Shown: piece after piece, positions 47,415-60,000 of the stretch
Layout of the letters: each line of letters begins with the position of its first letter
How positions within the stretch are numbered: position 1 is the stretch's first letter
Origin: Eledone cirrhosa
Taxonomy: Eukaryota
NCBI GenBank assembly: GCA_964016885.1
Contig: OZ024743.1
Coordinates: 203,980,001 to 204,044,000, forward strand
Length of the DNA stretch: 64,000 nucleotides
Direction: 5' to 3'
Made by a program: the position numbers and the translations under genes
The notes under the pieces: model-generated
What the model was told of the DNA's origin: nothing
Database searches by the model: none
The model's input: the letters and a program-made list of their open reading frames with translations, nothing else

Positions 47415-48096
47415 CACGCTGGTATCATTTTTTGTTTTGTTTCTCTCCCCCTATCTCCCTCACTCTCTTTCTTCCGTTCTCTTACCGTCTCATCGCTTCC
47501 TTCTCTTTCGTTCCCTCTCTGTCATCCCTTTTTTCTTTTTCTCTCTCTCTTTCCCTCTCTTTCTCTCTCTCTCTCTCTCTCATTCCTCGCCTCTTTCCTT
47601 TTTCTCTCTCTCTCATCCCCTCTCGCTCTTTCTTTCTCCCCCAACCCTTCTTTCTCTCTCTCCAGAATGGAGAACAAAAACAAAATGGATATCTTTCGAT
47701 TCGGACGCTGGTTTGCACACACGCACACAAAAGATTTGAACTTCCATAATCCTTTTGAGAAATGTGGACCCGCTACATCTATGCAAGGGCACAGACTTTA
47801 CAGCCAGGAGGATGAGGAACCACCTCCTAGAGGTCACTATTCTTGGAAGCAAACATCAAAGAGAAAATTCATTTATTCCCAAGATTCCTCATATCCATTC
47901 ATCTACCGAGCTGCCATTCAAATTCTCAAGACTTCAGTTCACTGTTTAAAGCCAGTTTTGCTATGACGGTACATAAAGCTCAGACTCAGAGTTTCAAAGT
48001 TGTAGAATTGAATAAAAGAGAATCGCTTTTTACGCATAGACAGTTGTATGTAGGTTGTTCACGAGTTACCCGGGTGTAGCAGGCTACGTCGGCTAG
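47412..48096 (+). mobile_element. Non-autonomous Helitron with Pif1 helicase C-terminal remnant
   Basis: LLRNVDP..LCKGT, IPKIP..LPFKFSRLQF, FAMTVHKAQTQS, QLYVGCSRV. 3' GTAGC-AG-GCTAC hairpin then CTAG|T. 5' A|TC. Confidence 0.8.
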
Positions 48097-48129
48097 TCAT
48101 AAAATAAATGAAAAGAAATGTCACCTTAC

Positions 48130-48163
48130 CGACAAATATGTTGAGCAGTAGAAATCTCTTCAT
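48130..48163 (-). CDS. First coding exon of the host secreted protein (MKRFLLLNIFV+G)
   Basis: aaaATG context, basic n-region plus hydrophobic h-region, phase-1 donor G|gtaagg compatible with the 686-821 exon. Confidence 0.6.
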
Positions 48164-48284
48164 TTTTATCGTCTTCGTTTTTCAAGTGTTGTAGCAACAG
48201 AAACTTACCGCGGATGTTGCATGTAGGTACTAATTATTAAAGTATGCAACTGGATATTTTTAATATTGCTATATGTTTTTTTTT

Positions 48285-48350
48285 AAATCTGATTGGCTAA
48301 CATTGATTTATAGCAGCCTCTTTCCTCTATTGAAATAAGCCCACCCAGAT
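48285..48350 (-). promoter_or_regulatory. Putative Pol II promoter elements (GGGTGGGG, TATAAAT, AGCCAATCAG)
   Basis: Clustered motifs 120-190 nt upstream of the ATG on the minus strand. Confidence 0.35.
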
Positions 48351-48526
48351 TTTCGCAAGTGCAGATTTCACGACTGCTTCCTCGTGGTTTTAACCTGTTT
48401 GTATAGCGGCTTGATAGTACGAATTTCTATGTATATGTATGTGAGTGAGTGTGTGTACATGTGTGTGTTCGTTATACGAGTTATATACAAACGTTATGTA
48501 AGTTACCTACACGTCTTCACCAATTA

Positions 48527-48619
<93 letters not shown>

Positions 48620-48643
48620 TTATATATATATATATATATAATA

Positions 48644-48757
<114 letters not shown>

Positions 48758-48767
48758 TTATATATAT

Positions 48768-48801
<34 letters not shown>

Positions 48802-48817
48802 ATATATTCATATATAT

Positions 48818-48859
<42 letters not shown>

Positions 48860-48918
48860 TTATATATATATATATATATATATAATATATTTATATATAT
48901 ATATATATATATATAATA

Positions 48919-49001
<83 letters not shown>

Positions 49002-49025
49002 TTATATATATATATATATATAATA

Positions 49026-49135
<110 letters not shown>

Positions 49136-49145
49136 TTATATATAT

Positions 49146-49179
<34 letters not shown>

Positions 49180-49195
49180 ATATATTCATATATAT

Positions 49196-49237
<42 letters not shown>

Positions 49238-49296
49238 TTATATATATATATATATATATATAATATATTTATATATATATATATATATATATAATA

Positions 49297-49336
<40 letters not shown>

Positions 49337-49362
49337 TTATATATATATATATATATATAATA

Positions 49363-49410
<48 letters not shown>

Positions 49411-49436
49411 TTATATATATATATATATATATAATA

Positions 49437-49539
<103 letters not shown>

Positions 49540-49550
49540 TATATATATAT

Positions 49551-49702
49551 ACGATATTAATAAATGGAAACTATATTTATAAAACCATATTTATTTCATT
49601 ATACATATTTCAGGGATACCTGAATTTAATTTCGTATCCCTGAAATATGTATAATGAAATAAATATGGTTTTATAAATATAGTTTCCATTTATTAATATC
49701 GT
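49551..49702. repeat. Perfect ~69-bp-arm palindrome centred in hammerhead stem II
   Basis: ...GTATCCCT-GAAA-TATGTA-TA-ATGAAA. Related tails at 27260-27440 and 29500-29670. Confidence 0.85.
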
Positions 49703-49789
49703 ATATCTACTCCAAATACTTGTCGAGTGCTTTATATCAGTTATAAAAATATTTACTTGTTGTATCCCAACAATTTTAAATAGAACTTT

Positions 49790-49880
<91 letters not shown>

Positions 49881-49897
49881 TATATATATATATGTAT

Positions 49898-49931
<34 letters not shown>

Positions 49932-50011
49932 ATATATATTATATATATATATATATGTATTATATATATATATGTATTATATATATATGTATTATATATA
50001 TATGTATTATA

Positions 50012-50057
<46 letters not shown>

Positions 50058-50226
50058 TATATATATATGTATATATATAAATATATATATATATAAGTGT
50101 ATATATATATATATATGTATAATATATATGCATATATATATATATATATATATATATGTATTATATATATATGTATTATATATATATAAATGTATGTATT
50201 ATATATATATGTATTATATATATATG

Positions 50227-50313
<87 letters not shown>

Positions 50314-50434
50314 AGGTGAGTTTTATTGTAGTACAATAAAGGAATGCAGATATCGGATAAGAAGCACTCTACAGTTTGTAGGACTGGAGTATACATAATA
50401 TATAAGATCAAAAGATGGTTAAATGAGTTCCATG

Positions 50435-50505
50435 TATTTTATTATGCGCATTTCAAAAACAAATATCATCATGCAATAACATTTGTGTTTTCATCAGATA
50501 AAATA
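50435..50505 (-). ncRNA. Hammerhead in inverted pLTR
   Basis: Reverse complement of 52757-52827. Confidence 0.8.
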
Positions 50506-51842
50506 GGAGGACATGATATGAAGGTTTAAAACACTTGTGGATAGTGCAGTTTTAAATCAACGTAACCTAAAAATTGAATTTGATAACAGCATCAAACTAG
50601 CTAATTTCTTGGATGTATCTCTTAATCTTAACACTGGCCTCTATTACCGTTACCATAAAAACAATGAGAACCTAAATTATGTTAATTTTAAATCTAACCA
50701 CCCTACTAATATTAAGAATACTATAGTTAGTAATATTGGAAAAAGAATATCTAACCTATCTTCTAATAAAAACATCTTCGATGCTAACGCCAATTACTAT
50801 AATAACGCGCTTTCTAAAGCCGGCTATCCTGATAAAATCAAATATAATAAAGAAACAAATTCTAGAAGATCTTACAGTAGAATAATTAATCATGATCATT
50901 CCAATAACTTTAATAAAAGACCTAGATACAAAAACATAATCTGGTATAATGCTCCTTTCTCCATCTCTATTAATAATAATATTCCTAAAGTATTCTTTAG
51001 TGCCTTAAATAACTGCTTCCCTCCCTCACATATCTATAGTAAAATATTTAACAAACACACTATACAATTTTCCTATTCGACATCCTCCAACATTTCCAAC
51101 ATTATCTCTAAACACAACAATAAAATACTAAATACTGAATCGCTTCCTTCCAACACTGAATATCATAATAATAGTAATAGTACTCCCGACGTCATTGTAA
51201 ACCCTAGGCTACTTTCTGCAAACCCAAATACAACGTCAAACACAACTTCGCTAAATGTTCCTAATCCCATTCTAAATCAAGAAACTATTATTCCTATCGC
51301 AAATAACTTCTCCAATCCAATTCCTTGTATAGATAACACTAGGTCACTCGTTAATAATCTCTCTAATCGCAATTGCAATTGCCCTGCTAAAAATAAATGT
51401 CCTCTCAACAACCATTGTCTTGATAAAAACTTAATTTACGAATGTAAAGTTATAACTGACACCAATTCCTTCACCTATTTTGGCTCCACTTCCACCTCCT
51501 TTAAAGCTCGTCTTTATAATCATCATTCGTCTTTTAAATATAAACTTAACAGAACCAACACGGCTCTCTCAGAACTCATATGGTCCTTGAAAGACAAAAA
51601 TATAAAATATAACATCTCTTGGAAAAAGGTTTCCTCTGCTTCTCCATACTTGAACAGTTCTCTATCCAAGACTTGCAATCTCTGTCTAAATGAAAAATTT
51701 ACCATTATATCTAATTTAGATTCTATAATAAATAGACGCACTGACTTGTTTTCTATCTGCTTGCATAAATTCCACAAAACTTTCCATAAAGTATACAGCT
51801 AATATCTTAAACTTTATCAATTCAGAATCCTCTTCTCAAAGG

Positions 51843-51879
<37 letters not shown>

Positions 51880-52756
51880 TTCTTTAAAAATATACCCATC
51901 TTTCTACCTTATTTCAAAGTTATTTATTATATTCTATATCACTCCTATTCATCACTTCCCTTTTTTCCTTTTCCTTTTCTTTTCTTTTTCTTTTAATTAC
52001 TAACCCCTAATCTGTACCTTTTCTCACTGTGCCTAACATAGAAACAATTATTACACAATACACTATATTCTTACTTTATATCACCTTGAAATAATCCTTC
52101 GTAAACATAAACATTTTTTTTTACGTTAGATTATTCATTCGCTATTCTTTATTTTTTTCTCACTTTCATCTAACTTATTCATGCTCATCTCACAATATAT
52201 CCTTACTTACATTACTTCTGTTTTTTTAATAATACATATCAACATTTTCTTTCCATCGCACATATTATTAAACCCTTAAATATTATTCTTAATTCATATT
52301 AACATTTTCTTTCCATCGCACATATTATTAAACCCTTAAATATTATTCTTAATACATATTAACAATTTCTTTTCATCACACATATTATTAAACCCTTCAA
52401 TATACAAACCTTAACTTTACATTATTTTTCTCTTCGTTAATTTTCAAATTCTTTTAATTTATACATTATCTTCCAACGGTTTTTCAACCTCTCTATGTAA
52501 AACAATATATTTTTCTCAGTTATAAAAGCTATCTCTCTCTCTGTCTCTATCACCCATCTCTCCTCCTATCTCATCCTTCCTCATTATACTCCTCCCCATC
52601 CACTTTTTACTCTCATCTCCTCCTCTTTTTCATCCCCCCCCCGCCCCTGAAATAATGTTTTCCCCAATATCACATATCAATCTGAAACTACTTTTCATAT
52701 GTTGATTTAAAACTGCACTATCCACAAGTGTTTTTAACCTTCATATCATGTTCTCC

Positions 52757-52827
52757 TATTTTATCTGATGAAAACACAAATGTTATTGCATGATGATATT
52801 TGTTTTTGAAATGCGCATAATAAAATA
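52757..52827 (+). ncRNA. Type I hammerhead in Naiad pLTR
   Basis: UAUUUUAU-CUGAUGA-AAAcACAAAUGUUA...UGAUAUUUGUuUUU-GAAA-UGCGCA-UA-AUAAAAUA. Confidence 0.85.
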
Positions 52828-54249
52828 CATGGAACTCATTTAACCATCTTTTGATCTTATATATATATATATATATATATATTTCATAATATTTCAGAAC
52901 ATATATTTATCCAACTTAATTATTGGTTTGCTGCATGTCATTTGAGAAAATATGTTAATGATATATTAAATTATGCACTAAGTAACTGAAATATACAATA
53001 AATTTGTATTTGTAGAGAAAGAGCACTGGGTTTAATTGAATAAGTATGTAAACATACATACATTTAGATGTGTAAATATGTTTTATTCACACATTTCTCA
53101 ATCTACAGGGAAATGTGGTAATATGTTGACATGTTTACATCTGTAACTGAGTGTTTACTTACACACATTCTTTGCGGCAGCCCCACTTAAAACCTGTGCT
53201 GTTTCTATACAGATATGAATATATATGTATATATGTGTGTGTATATATAATGTATATAATCGTACTTAAATTATATTGCCGATATAATACTATCGATAAG
53301 GTGATTGAATAATTAAAAAAAAATATTTTAGTGCATGTTCTGATTTCTGTAATTAGAATTAATAGCAATTAGTAAACGTGTGTGTGTATTTTGAAGAAAA
53401 GGGTGATTTTGACTTTGAAGTTTTGGCATTACCTCACCAGTGTGATGAGGTAATGTTGAAACTTCAACATCACTGCTGACTATTTCTTTGGAAAATATAT
53501 TTCATACATTACTCACATGTATTGAGTTCTCATGTTTGAATGTTCAATAAACATTCTTACATGTGGTAATAGCATGTTAATATTTAATTTGAAATTATTG
53601 TTGAATCCTTTGTTTACTATATAGGTTAGTGTCATTAATAAATTAATATGTTGAACACTTGTGAAATAAAACCATTATTTCTAGATATCCTTCCCATTTC
53701 ATTATTATATTTCTAATAAATCACACACTGGACTCGCGCATAGCCAAGAGGAGCGCGCATAGCCAAGACGACGCATATATATATAGACAGATGAGAAAAG
53801 AAAAAATCATGGAAAGTCATCCGTACCCCCACGCAGACATGCTCAGACAAATACATCGACCCAGGCATGCGCACACCCGTGCTCAAGTATGTCTGTATGG
53901 ACACGCATACATACATGCCCCCGTGTGCTCCCACGCCGAAGGCATATACTTGATGAGTACCCCTCATATGTCTTCCCACGCGCCGCTGCGCAGATGGTGC
54001 ACACAGTATTGTATGAGACAACGCATTTGAGGCTTTGACCCAACCCGATCACGTGGCGGTGTGAGTCCGAAAGTGCCTGCACAATATGCCTAAATGTTAA
54101 GGCAGCACAATATCCCTGTACTAATCGCATATACTGTGGGTGGCACATATATTTTAAAAAAACTGTACGTACATAACATAAAATAATGAAATAATATACA
54201 ATAATAAAATAAAATAGATTATTTTATTATTTCATTATTTTATGTTATG

Positions 54250-54428
54250 GCAGGTGAATTGTCAGTATCGGGAGAGGGTCTGACATGCATAGCCACGTCC
54301 CTTTACGATCTGAGTTCAAATCCCGCCGAGGTTAACTTTGCCTTTCATCCTTACGGGGTCGATAAAATATAGTACAAGTAATGTACTGGGATAATTGCTG
54401 GCCTTGTGCCAAAAGAAGAAACAATTAT
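54250..54428 (+). mobile_element. Nin/Deu SINE with ~15-bp TSD (TTATTTTATGTTATG), inserted in a small palindrome
   Basis: B box GTTCAAATC, Nin core, duplicated flank. Confidence 0.82.
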
Positions 54429-54479
54429 TTTATGTTATGTACGTACAGGTTTATTTATATACTCGAATCTAGGCATACT

Positions 54480-55674
54480 CGAATCCTGGATTCGACTATG
54501 ATGTACCTGTGTACTGTAAATTCAGGCAACTCTACTTGGCACTACATAGGTTCCGCGGCTGGGGATTTCAAGAAAAGGTGGTACGTCCACAGACACTCCA
54601 TGAAGAACCGTAGACTGGAGAACTCTACGACGCTCGCCAATAAAATCTGGCAGCTTTAAAACACAAACCAGGAGTATAAGATTAGCTGGTCAAAATTATC
54701 GGTAGCAAGGGCCTACAGACACGGAATGTCCTACTGCGGACTTTGTAATTTAGAATAATTCCATATTTTAAGGTACGATAAGATGCTGCTTAACAGCAAA
54801 ATAGCAAGATGAATTTTCTGTAGGCATAAAATAGCTACCACATTCACAAACTTCAAACCACCGTGATTCGAACCAGAAATCCCTAAATTAGAACTGAACC
54901 ACCTGGATTTTAACCTATGGAATACACACCAGCACACTGCTATTAGCTGTCAAACGGCCAACTGGTTACTAGATCATAAATCACTTAACATCTCTTTCAC
55001 CCTTTTTCCCTGAAACAGCATCAACCCCATTAAGACAAGACAATCAGCATAACATTTACCACACACATTTGTCAAACCTCCCTTCACCATCCACCCTTAG
55101 CCCTTAAATCTCACACTTGTATCCACCAATTAATCTCTAATTTATTGCTTTTTCCCTTTTCTTTTATCTGTCACTACATCAGACTCTCTACGCGTATCTA
55201 TGTATATTTCGAATATGACTTTTCATGATAGCACTAAACCCACCACAGAATCCTTATAAGAACACTTACTCACCACCACCACAAGCATACTCTGTACTTA
55301 CATGCTCTCACTTATCCTTATTTATTTATTTATATTTTCCATTTTCTTACTTTTTTAATGTATTTTTTCTTATCTTTTACTTTTTACGTTTTACATCTGT
55401 AACTTTTCTACCTATTTGTAATATATATTTTATTATTGATGTAATTGTTTTGATTATACGGTATTCTTCTATATATATCTTGACTCGAGTGAATTATTTT
55501 TATATCTTCGTATTCTGATGAGTTGATCAGAGGTAAATAATGTAATAGAGATCGAGTGACGCAACTTCAAGCGATTAGCGACCTCTAGACTCACCTGATC
55601 AATGAAACACAATTGTCAATACCTGAAATAGAGCCCCTTGTTGTACAGCCAACCATGTTATACTCTTCATTCTT

Positions 55675-55680
<6 letters not shown>
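54480..55680 (+). mobile_element. Naiad-type PLE 3' fragment (GIY-YIG + tail)
   Basis: MYLCTV..HYIGSAAGDFKKRWYVHRHS..TTLANKIWQL..ISWS..CGLCNLE..CRHK. Family-A HHR at the end. Confidence 0.85.
55510..55622 (+). ncRNA. Type I hammerhead (family A)
   Basis: GUAUU-CUGAUGA-GUUGAUCAG...CUGAUCAAU-GAAA-CACAAUUG-UC-AAUAC. Confidence 0.8.
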
Positions 55681-55710
<30 letters not shown>

Positions 55711-55794
55711 TAGAAAATAGAATAGCTTTCACCGTATTTTTGACTAAAGGAATTTTAGCCTGATAATGGGGTTTAGAACCCTCAGATAAATGTA

Positions 55795-56290
55795 AAAAAA
55801 ACACCCTCCTCCTCGTGAGAGGGGTCATTCTGCCCGTTATTTGGCCCTTCGGGGTTAAATAACCGCTTATTGGGGTTTTGTGCCCAACATTTATTTAAAA
55901 AAAACAAAAAAGACATGGCTACGAAAAAGAATTTCATAGGTCACTCCCACTCATTCCGTCTTCTTCTTCCTCAATCGTCACTACAGCAGAGAGAAGATTG
56001 TCTCTCTCCCTCCCTTCTCTTTCGCAAGCGACGCCAGAAAAGAAAAATCACGTGCAAAGCGTGCAAGATTACTCCACGACGACGACGACAACGACGAAAA
56101 AGGTGTGCGGCAAATACGAAAACCCATTTCATTCGTCTGACTTCAGGAATAATAGCAGTAGCAGCCGTAATAACAGCAGCAGCAGCAACAGTGACAAGGA
56201 AAACAACAGTAGCAGCCGCAACAGCATCAGCAGCAGCATAAACAACAACAGCATTAGCAGCAACAACAACAGCAACAACAACGACATAAC
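55795..56290 (+). mobile_element. 5' portion (UTR + ORF1 start) of the same Tx1 family, inverted relative to the main copy
   Basis: Near-identical reverse complement of ~61200-61705. Confidence 0.88.
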
Positions 56291-56459
56291 AAATTTGTTA
56301 CAAAGGCTGAAGAGAAGCTGGATTCTATATCATAACATTTGCAGCGCTACAGGTTCAATAGTGGATGTGGATATTTTTATGTTGCTATTTATATGTTTAT
56401 TAAGTATGTGTGTATGACTCACCACCCCAGACTATATTTTACATCATCCAATTCTCACT

Positions 56460-56536
<77 letters not shown>

Positions 56537-57046
56537 CTCTCTCTATTGATATATATTCTTTCTTCTGTTCAGATGCTTCCATGTTCTCATAATTTATCGT
56601 TCACTTCTCACCCTTCCCTTTCTCTTTGGAACACCCTTAGTCACCGTTTAAACCGCCTGAGAATAATAAAGTGAATCGCGCATTGTAAAAAGAAATTCGG
56701 TGAAGTTGAAACTGTTTATGATACATACGTGAAAACAAAAGAAATATGCATGAGAATGCTGTCGATATTATTGTTATGATAATTGTTTCTATTTTTAGCA
56801 CAAGGACATTACTAATGCTTTATTTTATCGACCCCGTTAGGATGAATGGCAAAGTTAACCTCGGCGGGATTTTAAATCAGAACATGAAGCGCCATAACTC
56901 TATACTGCAAAGCGTGGCGTCTGACGCTCTACCGATACTGCCAATCCACCTCCCATTGTTATGACGATAATGGAAGCATTGATGAGTTTTTGCAGTGGTT
57001 GTTGGCATTGTGACAAGGTTGTAGTAGAGTAAGTTGGTATGATAGT

Positions 57047-60000
57047 GTCCCTTCCACAAGAAGCGAAACAGCAAACGCTCCAGCGCAGTCAGGCGGGGCT
57101 TAGGACAAGGTACGACGGTCAGGCGGTAGTAGATGACAGACGCGATGTACGCGTTAGCCACCTCCGCTCGACCTTTCAGGGATAGCTTCCTCTCGGCCCA
57201 TTTCTGGGTGAGAGAAGCCACCCTGCTCGTCACCTCGTCCCAGTTTTTGTCCGTCTGGAGGTCTGGACCGAACCAGACCCCTAGCAATTTAACCGGTCCG
57301 TCCGTCCAGCGCCCGACGACGCTGCTGGACGGCATGGACCTGCCTCTCCAGGTGCCGAGCTGCAGGCCCACTGACTTTTCCTGGTTGATCATTGCTCCTG
57401 TCACCGCTTCGTATTCTCTTAGTGTAGTGCCGATCGCCTCGATGTGTTTTGCGTTCGACACCACTACGGTGACATCGTCGGCATATGCTGACACAGATCT
57501 TCCGCATCCTAGTTCGCGCGGGACCCCCCTCAACGTCTCCAGTTTGTGCAGTAATGGCTCGAGAGTCAATACGTACAATAGGGACGAGAGGGGACATCCT
57601 TGGCGGACCGAGCGCATGATGTTGAACGGTTCCGAAAGGTGACCGTTCACTCTCACTTCAGAGCAGATGTCGCTGTGCATGGCAGCGATCCAGCCTCTGA
57701 AGACGGGCCCAAAGCCAGCCGCCCTCAGGACTGCCGCTAGGTAACGATGGTCGACCCTATCGAAGGCTTTCGATTGATCTAAATTGATCAAAGACCCACC
57801 CTTGCCAGGTTCCCTAGCTACCCTCTCTACGATGTATCGCATGAGGTGGAGGTTGTCGTGGATGGATCTGTCGGGAATGGCGCATGTCTGTGCCTCTCCC
57901 ACCAGACCACCAACGACAAGCGCCAACCTCTTTGCTAGCACCTTGGCCAAAATCTTGAACTCTGTGTTTAGCAGAATTATGGGCCTAAAATTATCTATGT
58001 TATCCCCCTTGTTCGGATCCTTTCTCAGCAGCGCCACCGCTCCTCGGCTCACAGAGCTGGGAACTCTCCCGTTCTGTTGCCAGTTGCAGTAGACGTCCGC
58101 CAAAAGGCCTCCGAACAAGTTTGGCATTTGTACGTAAAGTTCATAGGGCAGACCATCCAAACCAGGCGATTTACCCCTTGTGCAACTAGTCATTGCATCC
58201 CGTACTTCAGCGGTTGTTATCGGCTTTTCGCAACACTCCGCCTCAGTGGCCGAAAGCCGCGGCAGTCCGTCGAGGTAGACACTAAAGTCCATCCCTCGAT
58301 CCGGCCAGCCACTGCCCCCGAACAGTTGAGCGAAGTGTCGCTGAAAAGCTTCACACATTTGCCCGGGTTCGAGTAGCATGCGCCCGTCGTGGTCCACCGA
58401 AGACCGGATCGTGGCTTTGATGCCACGACGCGCCTCCGCCACTCGCGCCCATTGAACGGCTTTCGTCCTCTCGTGTCTGAGAGCACGCACCCTTGCTCTG
58501 ACAATGCAGCCTTCGTGCTTTACATTGAAGAATTGGTCAAGGGCCAATTTCGCCGCAAGCACGTCGGTCGCAATGCCTTTGCTAAGCGCCTCGTCTAATT
58601 TTCTAACTAGTTCTCCCTCTGCTCTATTTTTCTCTATTGCTAAAGCCTTACTAAACCTAATGGATTCTATTCTAATCGCTCTTTTCAGAGCAAACCACCA
58701 CTTGTTGTTGACGATGGCCCCCGTCAACGCCCGCTTAACTAGTTCGCTAATCCGGTCTCTGTAGGCCTTGCGCCCGTGTAGCTGACTATCTTGAATTGTG
58801 GACAGCCTATGCTAGACCTATCTATTTCCCTACAAAATACTCTATCTAGATATGATCTGGATGACCCTATGCGATTTGTCCAAGTCCACATTGGCACATT
58901 CGGGAAATCCAATCGGTACCTGTCAGACAGTTCAAAACGCCTGAGCAGGTTGGTGAGGCTCTTGCACCCTCCACTCCTATCCGCTAATCCCACACAGTCC
59001 CAGCGTGCATCTAAGATCCCGTTCCAGTCGCCCACTAACACTAAAGAGCGGGACGTTCCAAGAAAGGTCTCCAGACGCCGGAAGAAATCAGGCCGCCCTG
59101 CTCCTGTCGGGGCATAGACGGCCACTAGCCTGAAAGCTTTCCCGTCTCCGCTGGTCACGTCCAGCACCACCAGCTTACCATCTGGGTCCAGGAAGATGGC
59201 CCGTATGGCGAGATCCAAACCTCTCCGAAAAAGCACAGCAACTCCTCCCCACGATCCAGGACGGCTGGGAGATGCGTACACATCGTAGCCGCCAAAGATC
59301 GGTGCGATGGCCCGTGCTTCGGAGATTCTGGTCTCGCTGATGGCCACTACATCTATGTTTAGTGACTTGAGGTCGTTGAGCAGGTGGCCCTGCTTCCATG
59401 ATGACCCCAAGCCACGCGCATTTATGCTGCCTATTCTGAGTGAGGTCATGTTTAAAATAGAGTGGAAAAGTTGGGAAAGACCACTTACCGTACTTTTCGT
59501 AGAGGAGGGATGGTTTTTACATCCCTTTACACTTGATCGTCTGGTGAAGGGACCGTTGAATCGTCCCTTCGGCTGGTCGTCGGCTCTTCTAAGAGAATGT
59601 CTGAATATACTCTTCGATTGATAGTTCCTCCTAGGTCCCTGAAATCACCAACTGCGTTGTGGAATTTCGTTTTAATGTTTGTGTACTGTTTCTGTGCTAT
59701 TTTTAGCAGTCTTATGTTAGTTGGCGTTTTGATTGGTGCTGGTATTATGTAGTCGTGTTGTGAAATGTCTGTGTGTTCAATTATGTAAGTCATTAGTTTC
59801 TTGTTGTGTGTATTTATTGCCGTGCATTTGTTTTTCTGGAGGGGGGGGGTCTGCTATTTTCTTGTCGTTGTTGCTGGGTGTGTGTGTTTTGTTGTTGTGT
59901 TTGCGATGTTGGTGCTTGTGGTGGTGGTGTTGAAGGTGTTGTTGGCGGTGGGGTTGTCGCCGGTGGTGATGGTGGTGCTAGTGTGGGTGGTGATGGTGTT

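Larger units (their letters stand above)
50400..52861 (+). mobile_element. 5'-truncated Naiad-type Penelope-like element with inverted pLTRs; PLE-derived reading frame ~50570-51802
   Basis: NFLDV, YVNFKSNHP, IIWYNAPFS, CNC-x5-CPL-x3-C, IYEC..YFGST..FKARLYNH, CNLCLNEK. ~170-bp inverted termini 50400-50571 / 52700-52861. Confidence 0.9.

Noticed and set aside
53163-53204. 42-bp minus-strand micro-exon (tatag|...|gtaagt)
   Set aside because: Good splice signals, but it lies upstream of the inferred start exon and has no homology support.
54800-54830. Selenocysteine-encoding Naiad (in-frame TGA)
   Set aside because: The TGA is not at a conserved Cys, TAA stops also occur in frame, and no SECIS is recognisable. 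The 50537 ORF has no in-frame TGA.
55800-55890. HDV-like ribozyme in the Tx1 5' UTR (UCCUCGU)
   Set aside because: Folds as simple hairpins; no nested double pseudoknot found.
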